NCBI GenBank assembly: GCA_019115945.1
Contig: DXCO01000040.1
Span: 40,758-104,757 of the forward strand
DNA: 64,000 nucleotides
Reading direction: 5' to 3'
From: Candidatus Borkfalkia excrementavium
Lineage (GTDB): Bacteria > Bacillota > Clostridia > Christensenellales > Borkfalkiaceae
The position numbers and the translations under genes were made by a program. Positions within the stretch are counted from its first letter, which is position 1; each line of letters begins with the position of its first letter. Below, piece after piece: positions 40,043 through 48,477 of the stretch. The notes beneath the pieces are model-generated. The model saw only the letters and a list, made by a program, of their open reading frames with translations, did not search any database and was not told the origin of the DNA.

Positions 40043-40073
40043 GGCGCGCCCTTTTCGGGGCGCGTTTATTTTT
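40043..40073 (+). terminator. Riboswitch expression-platform terminator
   Basis: GGCGCGCCC-TTTTC-GGGGCGCGTT then TATTTTT, between the aptamer and the thiT RBS. Confidence 0.75.
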
Positions 40074-40106
40074 CATCACGTCGGCGGAAACCTGAAAGGA
40101 GGTTTT

Positions 40107-40937
40107 ATGTTTCTCAACAACCTGCTCGAAGTAAGCGGGCACACGACGGACATCATCACCTACATCACGATCGGTGTCCTCGCCCTTCTTGCCGTCATCG
40201 TGGCGGCGGTCTGCATCGGCAACCGCAAAAAGAAGTTCGACACCAAATCTCTCGCCTTTGCGGCGATCTGCCTGGCAACGTCGTTCGTTCTTTCCTTTAT
40301 CAAGATCACGCCCGTGCCCAGCGGCGGATCCATCACCCTGGCAAGTTGGGTTCCCGTACTCATCTACGCTTATGCTTACGGAGCGCCGAAAGGGTTTTTG
40401 GTCGGCATCATCTTCGGCCTGCTGAACTTCATTTCCGGCCCCTATATCCTGACGCCGTTCACGTTTATCCTCGACTACATCCTCGCTTTTGCGATGGTGG
40501 GACTGATGGGGCTTGCCCGTAAATTCAACCGTTCGCTTCTAACGAACGTCGTTCTCGGCACCGTGATCGCCGTCGTGGCAAGATTCGTCATGCATCTTAT
40601 TTCCGGAATGATCTATTTTGCGGAAGACGCCATCTGGGTCGATCTCCCCACCCCCAACGCTTTCGTGTATTCGCTCATCTATCAACTCGTCTATATCCCG
40701 GGAGACGCCGTCATCTGCCTGGCCGTCCTGATCATTCTGGCGAAATCCAACGTGTTGCAGACGCTGCTGCACATCATGCGCCCGAACGAATTCTCCGCGG
40801 CCGTTAACGCAAAAACGGACAATCGGGACGCCGCGATTTCCGCACAGGCGCCCGCCGACAAAGAGGGAACGAAAAACAGCGACCTTTCCGAGGAAACGGC
40901 CGTTTCCGCAACCGCGGACAAAAAAGGAAAAGACTAA
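40107..40937 (+). CDS. thiT: ECF thiamine transporter S component ThiT
   Basis: LSFIKI..P.GGSIT, FILDYILAF, RFVMHLISG..YF, YSLIYQ; THI-box leader. Confidence 0.93.
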   Translation: MFLNNLLEVSGHTTDIITYITIGVLALLAVIVAAVCIGNRKKKFDTKSLAFAAICLATSFVLSFIKITPVPSGGSITLASWVPVLIYAYAYGAPKGFLVGIIFGLLNFISGPYILTPFTFILDYILAFAMVGLMGLARKFNRSLLTNVVLGTVIAVVARFVMHLISGMIYFAEDAIWVDLPTPNAFVYSLIYQLVYIPGDAVICLAVLIILAKSNVLQTLLHIMRPNEFSAAVNAKTDNRDAAISAQAPADKEGTKNSDLSEETAVSATADKKGKD

Positions 40938-40951
40938 TCTTTCCGCCTTAC

Positions 40952-40990
40952 AAAAAGAGGGGCGCGGGATATTCCCGCGCCCCTCTTTTT
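40952..40990. terminator. Bidirectional terminator
   Basis: AAAAAGAGGGGCGCGGGA/TCCCGCGCCCCTCTTTTT. Confidence 0.85.
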
Positions 40991-41026
40991 GTATGCTTTC
41001 GGCTCAAGCCTGAAAAACTCCGGCGT

Positions 41027-41641
41027 TTATCTGTTGAAATTCGTGCGCGCCGCGTATTCGTTAACGGGCAATCCGATCCCCTTTTCTTTGCCCGCCTGTA
41101 TGCAGGAGACGAGCCAGACCATATTCCTCGCGAGATTGCGCACCGTCTGCAAGCCCTCCGCGTCGCTCTCCTCTTCCGACGGGCGGAATACCTGGTTCCA
41201 ATAGGTCGACGAAACGACCGGCATTTCCGAAATGGTAAAATACTTGTTGAGAACGTCTACCGAAGCGCACGATCCCGCGCGGCGGAGGGACGCGATCGCC
41301 GCAGCCGGTTTATGGGCGAAAGCGCTCTTGCCCGCATAAAACGCGCGGTCGAGCACGGAGAGGACCAACCCCGTGGGATGCGCGTAATAGACGGGCGTAC
41401 CGAACACAAACCCGTCCGCCGTTTTCGCCTTTTCGATCAGTTCGTTGACCTTGTCGCCGTCGAAAACGCATTTTTTCAGTTCCGCGCACCTGCCGCAGGC
41501 GACGCAGTCGCGCACGGGCGAAGGCCCCAGATCAAAAATTTCCCACTCCGCCCCGCAGGCCGAAAAAACTTCGCCCATGTGCGCGAGGGCGGCATAGGTA
41601 TTGCCCCTGCGGGGGCTGCCGTTGACCATCAGAATTTTCAT
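41027..41641 (-). CDS. Iron-sulfur flavoprotein / NADPH-dependent FMN reductase family
   Basis: NGSPR.GNT, CX2CX2CX5C, GTPVYY, SSTYWN. Confidence 0.88.
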   Translation of the reverse strand: MKILMVNGSPRRGNTYAALAHMGEVFSACGAEWEIFDLGPSPVRDCVACGRCAELKKCVFDGDKVNELIEKAKTADGFVFGTPVYYAHPTGLVLSVLDRAFYAGKSAFAHKPAAAIASLRRAGSCASVDVLNKYFTISEMPVVSSTYWNQVFRPSEEESDAEGLQTVRNLARNMVWLVSCIQAGKEKGIGLPVNEYAARTNFNR

Positions 41642-41658
41642 AATAACCTCCCTGAATG

Positions 41659-42381
41659 TCAGACGAGAGAAAAGACCTCGCCGATCTTTCCGTAGATAAA
41701 GCGCACGCCGCGCATATCCTTTGCGGGCGCGCCCTTGTTGATCACCACGATGTTTTCGCCGCGGAAAAAGTCGATCAGACCCGCCGCGGGATATACGTTG
41801 AGAGACGTTCCGCCCACGATGAGCACGTCTGCGCGGCGGATGTATTCCACCGCCTTATCCATGACCTGTTCGTCGAGCGGCTCGCCGTACAGAACGACGT
41901 CCGGTTTGACGATACCGCCGCAGGGACAGCGGGGGACTCCCTCTCCCTTCCGGATGCGCTGTACGGGAAAGGGCATGCCGCACTGCATACAGCGGTTGCG
42001 CCAGATGCTTCCGTGCAGTTCGAGCACGTTTTTGCTCCCCGCTTTCTGATGCAGGCCGTCAATGTTCTGCGTGACGACGGCGGCAAGGTGCCCCTCTTTT
42101 TCCCACTCCGCAAGGCGGAGATGCGCGGCGTTGGGCTGCGCGTCGAGGCAGAGCATCTTATCCCTGTAAAAATCATAAAACTCCGCCGTGTGCCCGACAA
42201 AAAAATCGTGCGAAAGGATCTGTTCGGGCGGATACTTGTACTTTTGGCGGTACAGCCCGTCCTGCGAACGGAAATCGGGTATGCCGCTCTCCGTGCTGAC
42301 GCCCGCGCCGCCGAAAAACACTGCGCGAGACGCTTTGCCGATCAGCATTCTTAAATTGACGATCTCAGATTCGGATACCAT
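41659..42381 (-). CDS. cobB: NAD-dependent protein deacylase (Sir2/CobB)
   Basis: GAGVSTESGIPDFRS, TQNIDGLH, HGS, zinc Cys pairs, KPDVVLYGE, GTSL.VYPA. Confidence 0.95.
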   Translation of the reverse strand: MVSESEIVNLRMLIGKASRAVFFGGAGVSTESGIPDFRSQDGLYRQKYKYPPEQILSHDFFVGHTAEFYDFYRDKMLCLDAQPNAAHLRLAEWEKEGHLAAVVTQNIDGLHQKAGSKNVLELHGSIWRNRCMQCGMPFPVQRIRKGEGVPRCPCGGIVKPDVVLYGEPLDEQVMDKAVEYIRRADVLIVGGTSLNVYPAAGLIDFFRGENIVVINKGAPAKDMRGVRFIYGKIGEVFSLV

Positions 42382-42544
42382 AGCGAGCCTCCTCCGTATT
42401 CAAATTTATTATACCACAATTTTCTGCCGCACGCAAGTTTCCGCGCAAAATCAAAGCGCACGAACGTTTAGCAAAGGCGCGTTTCTGCCCACGCACAGCG
42501 AGCAAAGGCGCGGGATCCCGCGCCTTTATTTGCATCGTCTGCCG

Positions 42545-44704
42545 TTATCGGCCTTCCTTTTTATGACCTGCATCAGGGCGGCCGTGTTCGTGCCCGCACT
42601 GACCGCAGCGGCATTCAACGCCTTTTGCCCTCTGCTCGGGGAACCTGAAGCGGGTACGGAACGAGTTGAGCACCGCAAGCATCATCACGCCCACGTCCGC
42701 GAACACGGCGAGCCAAAGAGGAACGAGATTCATCAGCCCCAGTACCATGACCGCCACTTTGACCGCAATGGCAAATACGATGTTCTGAATGACGATCTTG
42801 CGCGTGCGTTTGGCGATCCTGACGGCGAGCGGCAGCAAGGAGAGGTCGTCCCGCATCAGAACCGCATCCGACGCCTCGATCGCGGCGTCGCTGCCGACGC
42901 CGCCCATGGAAACGCCTATATCCGCCTCCATGAGAACGGGCGCGTCGTTGATCCCGTCGCCCGCATAGAGTAGCGTCCCCTCCCGGCGCAGACGCGCGGC
43001 GATCTCCAGTTTCTGATCGGGAAGAAGTTCCGCATAAACTTCGCCGATGCCCACGCTTGCCGCAACATGCTCGGCGCGGGCACGGCTGTCGCCCGTAAGC
43101 ATCGCCGTGCGGCGGATCCCCAGCGCTTTCAGTTTTTCCAAGGAATCCTTCGCGTTTTCCTTGATCTCGTCCCCTATCTCCGCACAGCCGAGATATTTTC
43201 CGCCGAGCGCGACATAGACCAGCGTGCCCGCCGACGGCGTTTCCCCGACAGAGACGGAATATTTTTGCATGAGTTTCGCGTTGCCCGCAAGGGCCTGCTC
43301 TCCGCCGATCCTGCCCGCAAGGCCGAGCCCGGGCATTTCCTGCACCTCTTCCGCGATAAGTTCCGTCGGCACGGCGTCGAAAGCGCGCGCGAGCGGATGC
43401 GCGGAATTTTTTTCCAAAGCGGCGGCGACCTGCAGGGCGAGTTCTTTCTCCTCTCCCGTTACGCCGGACAGTATGAAATTGCCGCGGGTGAGCGTGCCCG
43501 TCTTGTCAAACGCGGCGATCGACGTCTTCGCGAGAGAATCGAGGCCGGTGGAGCCCTTCAGCAAAATGCCGTACTTTGCCGCAAACCCGATGCCGCTGAA
43601 ATAGGAGAGCGGTACGGAAATGACGAGCGCGCATGGACAGGAAATGACCAAAAAGGACAACGCGCGATACACCCAGTCGGAAAGCGCGGCGACATAGGAT
43701 CCGCCTACGAACAGCGGCACGACGAACGCCACGACCAGCGCCGCGATACAGACGGTCGGCGTATAGATTCGTGCGAATTTTGTGATGAATTTTTCCGATT
43801 TGGCTTTGCCCGCAGCGGAATTTTCCACAAGATCAAGAATTTTTGCAACGGTGCTCTCGGAATATTCTTTCTGCGCGCGCACTTCGACGACGCCGCTGAC
43901 GTTGATGCTGCCGCCGAGGACTTCGTCCCCTTCTGCAACGTCGCGGTAGGCCGACTCGCCGCTCAGCGACTTCGTATCGAGAGAGGTCTTTCCTTTGACG
44001 ATCACCCCGTCTACGGCGATCTTTTCCCCCGCTTTGACGAGCATCAGATCTCCCGCTTTGATCTCTTCGGGCGCGACGACGACTTTTTCTCCGTTTCGGA
44101 TCAGCGTCGCGCTCTCGCTCTTTAAATCCATCAGGCCCGCGATCGATTTGCGCGAAGAACCCACCGCGATCCCCTGCAGCAGTTCGCCGAGACTGTACAG
44201 GAGCATGACGAGCACCGCCTCGGAAAACTGCATGAGGCACGCCGCACCGACCGATGCGATCGTCATGAGGAAATTTTCGTCGAAAATGCGGCCGTGCGCG
44301 ACGTTTTTGACCGTTTCCCAAAGCACTTTCCAGCCGACGCAAAGGTAAGCGAGGGCATAGAGAACGTAGGACGCCACGCGCGGCGCGAGCGGCGCTTCGG
44401 GCAGGAAAAACGCGATCGCCAACAGCACCGCCGCAAGCGCGATGCAGACGATATCGGGCAGAAATTTTTTCAGATCTCTTTCGGCACGCGGATTTCCGTC
44501 CGCGACCTTTACGTTTTCGAATCGGTTCGCCGCCGCGATCGCATTCCCGAGCGCCCCTTCCGTTTCATAGGAAAGGGTCATGCTTTGTTTCATAAAATCG
44601 ACGGAAACGGAACCGATCCCGTCTATTTTTCCGATCTCCTTTTCCAGCGCGAGCGCGCAGGCGGCGCAGTCTAAATTTTCCAAACGAAGTTTTTTTGTAT
44701 GCAT
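42545..44704 (-). CDS. cadA: Cd/Zn-translocating P1B-type ATPase
   Basis: HMA domain LDCAAC, SGES, CPCAL, DKTGT, GDGINDAP, FADVG; Cys/His-rich tail. Confidence 0.93.
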   Translation of the reverse strand: MHTKKLRLENLDCAACALALEKEIGKIDGIGSVSVDFMKQSMTLSYETEGALGNAIAAANRFENVKVADGNPRAERDLKKFLPDIVCIALAAVLLAIAFFLPEAPLAPRVASYVLYALAYLCVGWKVLWETVKNVAHGRIFDENFLMTIASVGAACLMQFSEAVLVMLLYSLGELLQGIAVGSSRKSIAGLMDLKSESATLIRNGEKVVVAPEEIKAGDLMLVKAGEKIAVDGVIVKGKTSLDTKSLSGESAYRDVAEGDEVLGGSINVSGVVEVRAQKEYSESTVAKILDLVENSAAGKAKSEKFITKFARIYTPTVCIAALVVAFVVPLFVGGSYVAALSDWVYRALSFLVISCPCALVISVPLSYFSGIGFAAKYGILLKGSTGLDSLAKTSIAAFDKTGTLTRGNFILSGVTGEEKELALQVAAALEKNSAHPLARAFDAVPTELIAEEVQEMPGLGLAGRIGGEQALAGNAKLMQKYSVSVGETPSAGTLVYVALGGKYLGCAEIGDEIKENAKDSLEKLKALGIRRTAMLTGDSRARAEHVAASVGIGEVYAELLPDQKLEIAARLRREGTLLYAGDGINDAPVLMEADIGVSMGGVGSDAAIEASDAVLMRDDLSLLPLAVRIAKRTRKIVIQNIVFAIAVKVAVMVLGLMNLVPLWLAVFADVGVMMLAVLNSFRTRFRFPEQRAKGVECRCGQCGHEHGRPDAGHKKEGR

Positions 44705-44729
44705 AACGATTCCTTTTCCGCCTCAGGCA

Positions 44730-45116
44730 TCAGCAATGCAGGTGGATCTTGCTCATTTCTATGATCTTCGCGACGTGCTCGTCGGCAACGGAATAGAGTA
44801 TATTTTTACCGTCGCGCCGCGACTTTACGATTTTGTTGTCTTTCAGAACGCGCAGTTGATGAGAGACGGCGCTCTGTTTTCCGCCCGTCGCCTCCGCTAT
44901 GTGATACACGCACATTTCGCCCTCCATCAATGCGAGCAGAATGCGCATACGCGAGGGTTCGCCGATCACGCGGAAGGACGCGCACATCTCCTCTACGCTT
45001 TCGGGCCCGGGCATATTGTTTTTTGCCCGCGCCACCGACGCTTCGTGTTCCCTGCCCAAAAGATCGCTGTCCTTACAGCAGGCCTGTTTTTCGATCTCCG
45101 TTTCCTTTTCTGTCAT
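44730..45116 (-). CDS. ArsR/SmtB family metal-sensing repressor (CadC/CzrA-like)
   Basis: R.RIL..L, CV..IA, QSAVSHQLRVL, RRDGK..LYS..DEHV. Start MTEKE at 45116 behind GGAGG. Confidence 0.92.
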   Translation of the reverse strand: MTEKETEIEKQACCKDSDLLGREHEASVARAKNNMPGPESVEEMCASFRVIGEPSRMRILLALMEGEMCVYHIAEATGGKQSAVSHQLRVLKDNKIVKSRRDGKNILYSVADEHVAKIIEMSKIHLHC

Positions 45117-45207
45117 GACTTTCCTCCTCTCTGATCTCTTTCCGCATGCGGGATACGCCGCCGCGGCCGCATATGCAGTCCGAAAAATAAGATTCACTTT
45201 GGTTTAC

Positions 45208-45254
45208 ATATGAATAACTATTCATATAATAATATATTCGTCTGCCTGTGTCAA
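45208..45254 (-). promoter_or_regulatory. Promoter plus SmtB/CzrA-type operator of the cad operon
   Basis: TTGACA(45254-49)-17-TATTAT; palindrome ATATGAATA-AC-TATTCATAT (45208-45227) overlapping the -10/+1 region. Confidence 0.85.
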
Positions 45255-45266
45255 GCGTTACGGAAT

Positions 45267-45299
45267 AAAAAAACCGCGCCGGATATGGCGCGGTTTTTT
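45267..45299 (-). terminator. Terminator after rluA
   Basis: AAAAAACCGCGCC/GGCGCGGTTTTTT. Confidence 0.8.
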
Positions 45300-45319
45300 C
45301 AGACAAATATCGAATTCTA

Positions 45320-45396
45320 TGCAGAAGGCGGCACCCTGCCGATGCTTTCCGATCGGCGCCCGATCCGAACCGGACCGAAAAACCGGTCCTTCTGCA
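45320..45396 (-). other. 77-nt cloverleaf (four-way junction) structured element in the rluA 3' region
   Basis: 9-bp outer stem TGCAGAAGG/CCTTCTGCA enclosing three perfect stems: CGGCA/TGCCG, GATCGG/CCGATC, ACCGG/CCGGT. Confidence 0.55.
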
Positions 45397-45417
45397 ATCC
45401 TTGCATTCAAAACGCAT

Positions 45418-46263
45418 TTATTCCCCGTGCGGCGCGGCGGCAGACGGAAATTCCGCACGGAAGGACGAACAGAACTTTTTTCCGTTCAGATAAGAGAGCG
45501 CGCCCGCAAAGGAAAAGGAGAGGCTTTTTGCAACGAGCACCTGCCGCTTGACGCCGTATTTGCGGTTGACAGCCTCGTCGCCGTACTTTTCGTCCCCCAA
45601 AAGGGGATGGCCGGCGAACGCCATGTGCGCGCGGATCTGATGCGTCTTTCCGCTGTGCAGGCGCACGTCTATGCGGCACAGATCCCCTCTCGTTTCGCGC
45701 ACTTTATACTCCGTGACGATCTTTTCCGCCCCCTCCCGCGGTGCGGAATAGACTTTGACGCGCGACTCTTTCGCATTTTTGACCAGATATGCCGTCAGAA
45801 CCGCTTCCCGTTCGGCAAAGGGGTGGAGGCAGACCGCCTCGTAAATTTTCTCTGCGCGGCGGAGGCGAAAGGCGGACAGCAATTCCTCTTCCGCGCCGCC
45901 GCTGAGCGCAAACGCGATGAGCCCTGCGGTGTTTCTGTCAAGGCGGTGCACCGGCCTCGCGCCGAACTCTTCCGCGAGCGCAGCGTGGAGCCCCTCCGTA
46001 TTGACGCCCGCAAATTTGTCCGCTATGAGGATATTCCCGTCGCGGTATACGATGCGGTAAAAGGGACGGGCTTCCTCTTTCAGAGAAGTGTAATAGGCGA
46101 CCTCGTCGCCCGGACGGAGGGGCACATCCTTACCCGTCTTTTCTCCGTTGATGCGGATATCGCGGTCGCGGAGAAGGCGGCGGAAGGCGAACGAACCCTG
46201 CGGATAGACGCAGTCGGTGAAATTTTTGAGAGACGTTGTTTCGCTTACGGTGAACTTTTTCAA
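45418..46263 (-). CDS. RluA family pseudouridine synthase with S4 domain
   Basis: IRING (S4), HRLDRNTAGL, GKTHQIRAH, GDEKYG. Probable TTG start at 46263, inside the feoB 3' end. Confidence 0.88.
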   Translation of the reverse strand: MKKFTVSETTSLKNFTDCVYPQGSFAFRRLLRDRDIRINGEKTGKDVPLRPGDEVAYYTSLKEEARPFYRIVYRDGNILIADKFAGVNTEGLHAALAEEFGARPVHRLDRNTAGLIAFALSGGAEEELLSAFRLRRAEKIYEAVCLHPFAEREAVLTAYLVKNAKESRVKVYSAPREGAEKIVTEYKVRETRGDLCRIDVRLHSGKTHQIRAHMAFAGHPLLGDEKYGDEAVNRKYGVKRQVLVAKSLSFSFAGALSYLNGKKFCSSFRAEFPSAAAPHGE

Positions 46264-48115
46264 CTTTTTTACCCTTTTTTCCGCCCCGCATAAGGGGCGC
46301 AAGACAGACGGCGAGCGCCGCGGCGGTGAGAAGCATTGCGAGCGGCGCGCCGAAATATAAAAGCGCATAGACCAGATACGAGAGCGCGAACGCGACGGCC
46401 GTCTGCACGGCGGCGTACAGGAACGCCCGTTTTGCGCCCGCCTCTTTTGCCGCAGCCGCGATGGCGGACACACAGGGAGAACAGGTCATGATAAACACCA
46501 AAAACGCGATCGCGGAGGGAGCGCTCATGGCCGCGGCGAGGTTTTCCCCGTAAAACATGGCGAGCATGCCCGCCACGCTCTCTTTTGCGACCAGCCCCGA
46601 CACGGCGGACAGCGCGACGCGCCAGTCCGTGATGCCCATGGGGTAAAACAGATATTTCAGCCCCCTGCACAGCACCGCGAGCATGCTGCTCTCCGACGAC
46701 GCGCCCACGTAGGCGAGATGAAAATCGAACGAGAGCAAAAACCACATCGCCACGAGAAACGCCGCGACGACCGTTACGATCTTCATTATAAACTGTTTGA
46801 GGGAAAATAGCAACGATTTTGCCACCAGCCGCCAGGAAGGAAACTGCAGGTGCGCGATCTCCATGACGAAATCTCCCCCGCCGCGGCAGAGGCTGCGCGC
46901 GACGAGCGCCGCCGCGAACGCGAACAGAAATCCGGAAAAATAGATGGCTGCAAGAGCGAAAAAGGAATGGGTGAAAAAGGAAGAGACCACCGCGAGATAT
47001 ACGGGCATTTTTGCGCTGCACGAAATATACGGCAGCACGAGAATGGCGCGCCGCTGTATCTGTTCGTTTTCCAGTCCGCGCGTCGTGAGAATGGCGGCGG
47101 CGGAACAGCCGAACCCCATCGTGATGGAAAAGACTGCCCTGCCCGTCAGCCCCACTCTGCCGAAAATGCCGTCCGTCATAAAGGCGAGCGCGGACATAAA
47201 GCCGCTCTCTTCCATGACGAACAGGCAAAAATACAAGATCGCGATCTGCGGCAGAAAGGAAAACAGCATCCCCAGCCCCGAAAACAAAGAGGAGACGAAA
47301 TCCGCCGCGGCCGCCGCGCCGCCTGCGCCGAGCACGAGCGAAGAGAGCGTTCCGCCCAACTTTTCTGCGATCAGATCTTCGATGAGATCTTTGAGCAGAA
47401 CGCCGGGCATCCCGCGCGCAAACGCAAGAAAAAAGACTGCCAGCATGCTCAGAAAATACAGGGGCACGCCGATAAAGGGATTGTAAATAAGTTTTTCCGC
47501 GCGCGTTTCCTCCGTATTGCCGCCCGACCAGATCCCCGCGAGGGAAAAATTTCCGCCTTCCCCTCCCGCACCTTGCGCGAGAGCGGAAGGGACTGTCCCT
47601 TTTCCCTGCGGCAGGCCCAGCGGCGCGGAAGAAAACAAATATGCGGCAAGAAATTTTTTCAGCGCCTGCGTATCTCTGCGGCTGTGCGCGTTGATGCGCA
47701 GAACGGGCGTTTGCAGGCGCAGCGAAAGCGCGCGCTCATCCAAAAATCCTCCTCTTTTTTTGAGGAGGTCGCACATCGTTACGACGAGTACGGTCTTTTT
47801 TCCGCTTTTTTGCACGTCCGCAAGCAGCGGGAGCGTCCGCGGCAGCGTGAGCGCGTCTGCAACGACGAGCGCCGCGTCGAACGCGCCGCCCGCGATTTCG
47901 GCGCGGGAAATTTTTTCTTCCATGTTCGGCGTTCGCAGAGAATAAATGCCGGGCAGATCTGCCACGATCGCCCTTTTTTTGCCGAATTTTGCTTCCCGCT
48001 CGGTCATGCCGACGGTAACGCCGTGCCAGTTGCCCGTTTTGGCATGTCCGCCCGTAAGCGCGTTGAACAGGGTGGATTTTCCGCAATTGGGGTTGCCGAT
48101 AAGCAGGACGCGCAC
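46130..48115 (-). CDS. feoB: FeoB-like ferrous iron transporter (atypical, short)
   Basis: G1 GNPNCGKS, GNW.GVT, DLPG, EESG.M, GFGC, SCSAK, AKE, PC gate motifs. Confidence 0.9.
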   Translation of the reverse strand: MRVLLIGNPNCGKSTLFNALTGGHAKTGNWHGVTVGMTEREAKFGKKRAIVADLPGIYSLRTPNMEEKISRAEIAGGAFDAALVVADALTLPRTLPLLADVQKSGKKTVLVVTMCDLLKKRGGFLDERALSLRLQTPVLRINAHSRRDTQALKKFLAAYLFSSAPLGLPQGKGTVPSALAQGAGGEGGNFSLAGIWSGGNTEETRAEKLIYNPFIGVPLYFLSMLAVFFLAFARGMPGVLLKDLIEDLIAEKLGGTLSSLVLGAGGAAAAADFVSSLFSGLGMLFSFLPQIAILYFCLFVMEESGFMSALAFMTDGIFGRVGLTGRAVFSITMGFGCSAAAILTTRGLENEQIQRRAILVLPYISCSAKMPVYLAVVSSFFTHSFFALAAIYFSGFLFAFAAALVARSLCRGGGDFVMEIAHLQFPSWRLVAKSLLFSLKQFIMKIVTVVAAFLVAMWFLLSFDFHLAYVGASSESSMLAVLCRGLKYLFYPMGITDWRVALSAVSGLVAKESVAGMLAMFYGENLAAAMSAPSAIAFLVFIMTCSPCVSAIAAAAKEAGAKRAFLYAAVQTAVAFALSYLVYALLYFGAPLAMLLTAAALAVCLAPLMRGGKKGKKVEKVHRKRNNVSQKFHRLRLSAGFVRLPPPSPRPRYPHQRRKDG

Positions 48116-48117
48116 GA

Positions 48118-48354
48118 TCAGTTTCCCCCTTCTTCCCGCTCGACGTCGATCTTATCCGCAAGATTTTTCCGAAGGGCCAGGCGCACGCCGCCCGCTTCGA
48201 GCATGTATCCCCCGCCGAAGGGCGCGCGGCGCAATAGCCTGACGCGGCTCTCTCTGCGCACGTTCAACGCCGCCAAGCGCTCGGCGAGAGGTTCGGGAAG
48301 ACAGGTTTTTTGTACTACGGCGGACTCGCCCGCCTTTAATTCGCTCAGTTTCAT
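48118..48354 (-). CDS. feoA: FeoA family protein
   Basis: MKLSELKAGESA.V...ERLAAL.V...APFGG...LALRK..A.KI.V; no RBS in front of the ATG. Confidence 0.85.
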   Translation of the reverse strand: MKLSELKAGESAVVQKTCLPEPLAERLAALNVRRESRVRLLRRAPFGGGYMLEAGGVRLALRKNLADKIDVEREEGGN

Positions 48355-48360
48355 CAATAA

Positions 48361-48389
48361 AATATATGAAACGGCGGCGGCCGTTATGC
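48361..48389 (-). promoter_or_regulatory. Putative sigmaE-type sporulation promoter (leaderless feoA)
   Basis: GCATAA-15bp-CATATATT, ending 6 nt before the feoA ATG; same spacing as the pdaB promoter. Confidence 0.6.
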
Positions 48390-48418
48390 CAATCCGCCGC
48401 CGCGAAAAACCTGCAAAC

Positions 48419-48449
48419 AAAAAAATACCCGCAGGCAAAACGCCTGCGG
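48419..48449 (-). terminator. Terminator after AEC transporter
   Basis: CCGCAGGC/GCCTGCGG stem followed by TATTTTTTT on the minus strand. Confidence 0.7.
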
Positions 48450-48477
48450 ACGTTATACCGCGGTCTTATCCGGCCTT

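Noticed and set aside
41659-42381. Sir2 protein as anti-phage (Thoeris/DSR-type) effector
   Set aside because: Ordinary 240-aa zinc-binding CobB-type deacylase with no defence partners adjacent.
42459-42527. AGCAAAGGCGCG direct repeat and perfect palindrome AAAGGCGCGGGATCCCGCGCCTTT after cadA
   Set aside because: Best explained as the cadA terminator plus a short chance duplication; only two copies, so not a CRISPR array or iteron set.
45320-45396. Possible tRNA gene
   Set aside because: Cloverleaf-like, but no 7-nt anticodon loop, no D-loop GG, T-motif misplaced and no CCA. Kept only as an unknown structured element.
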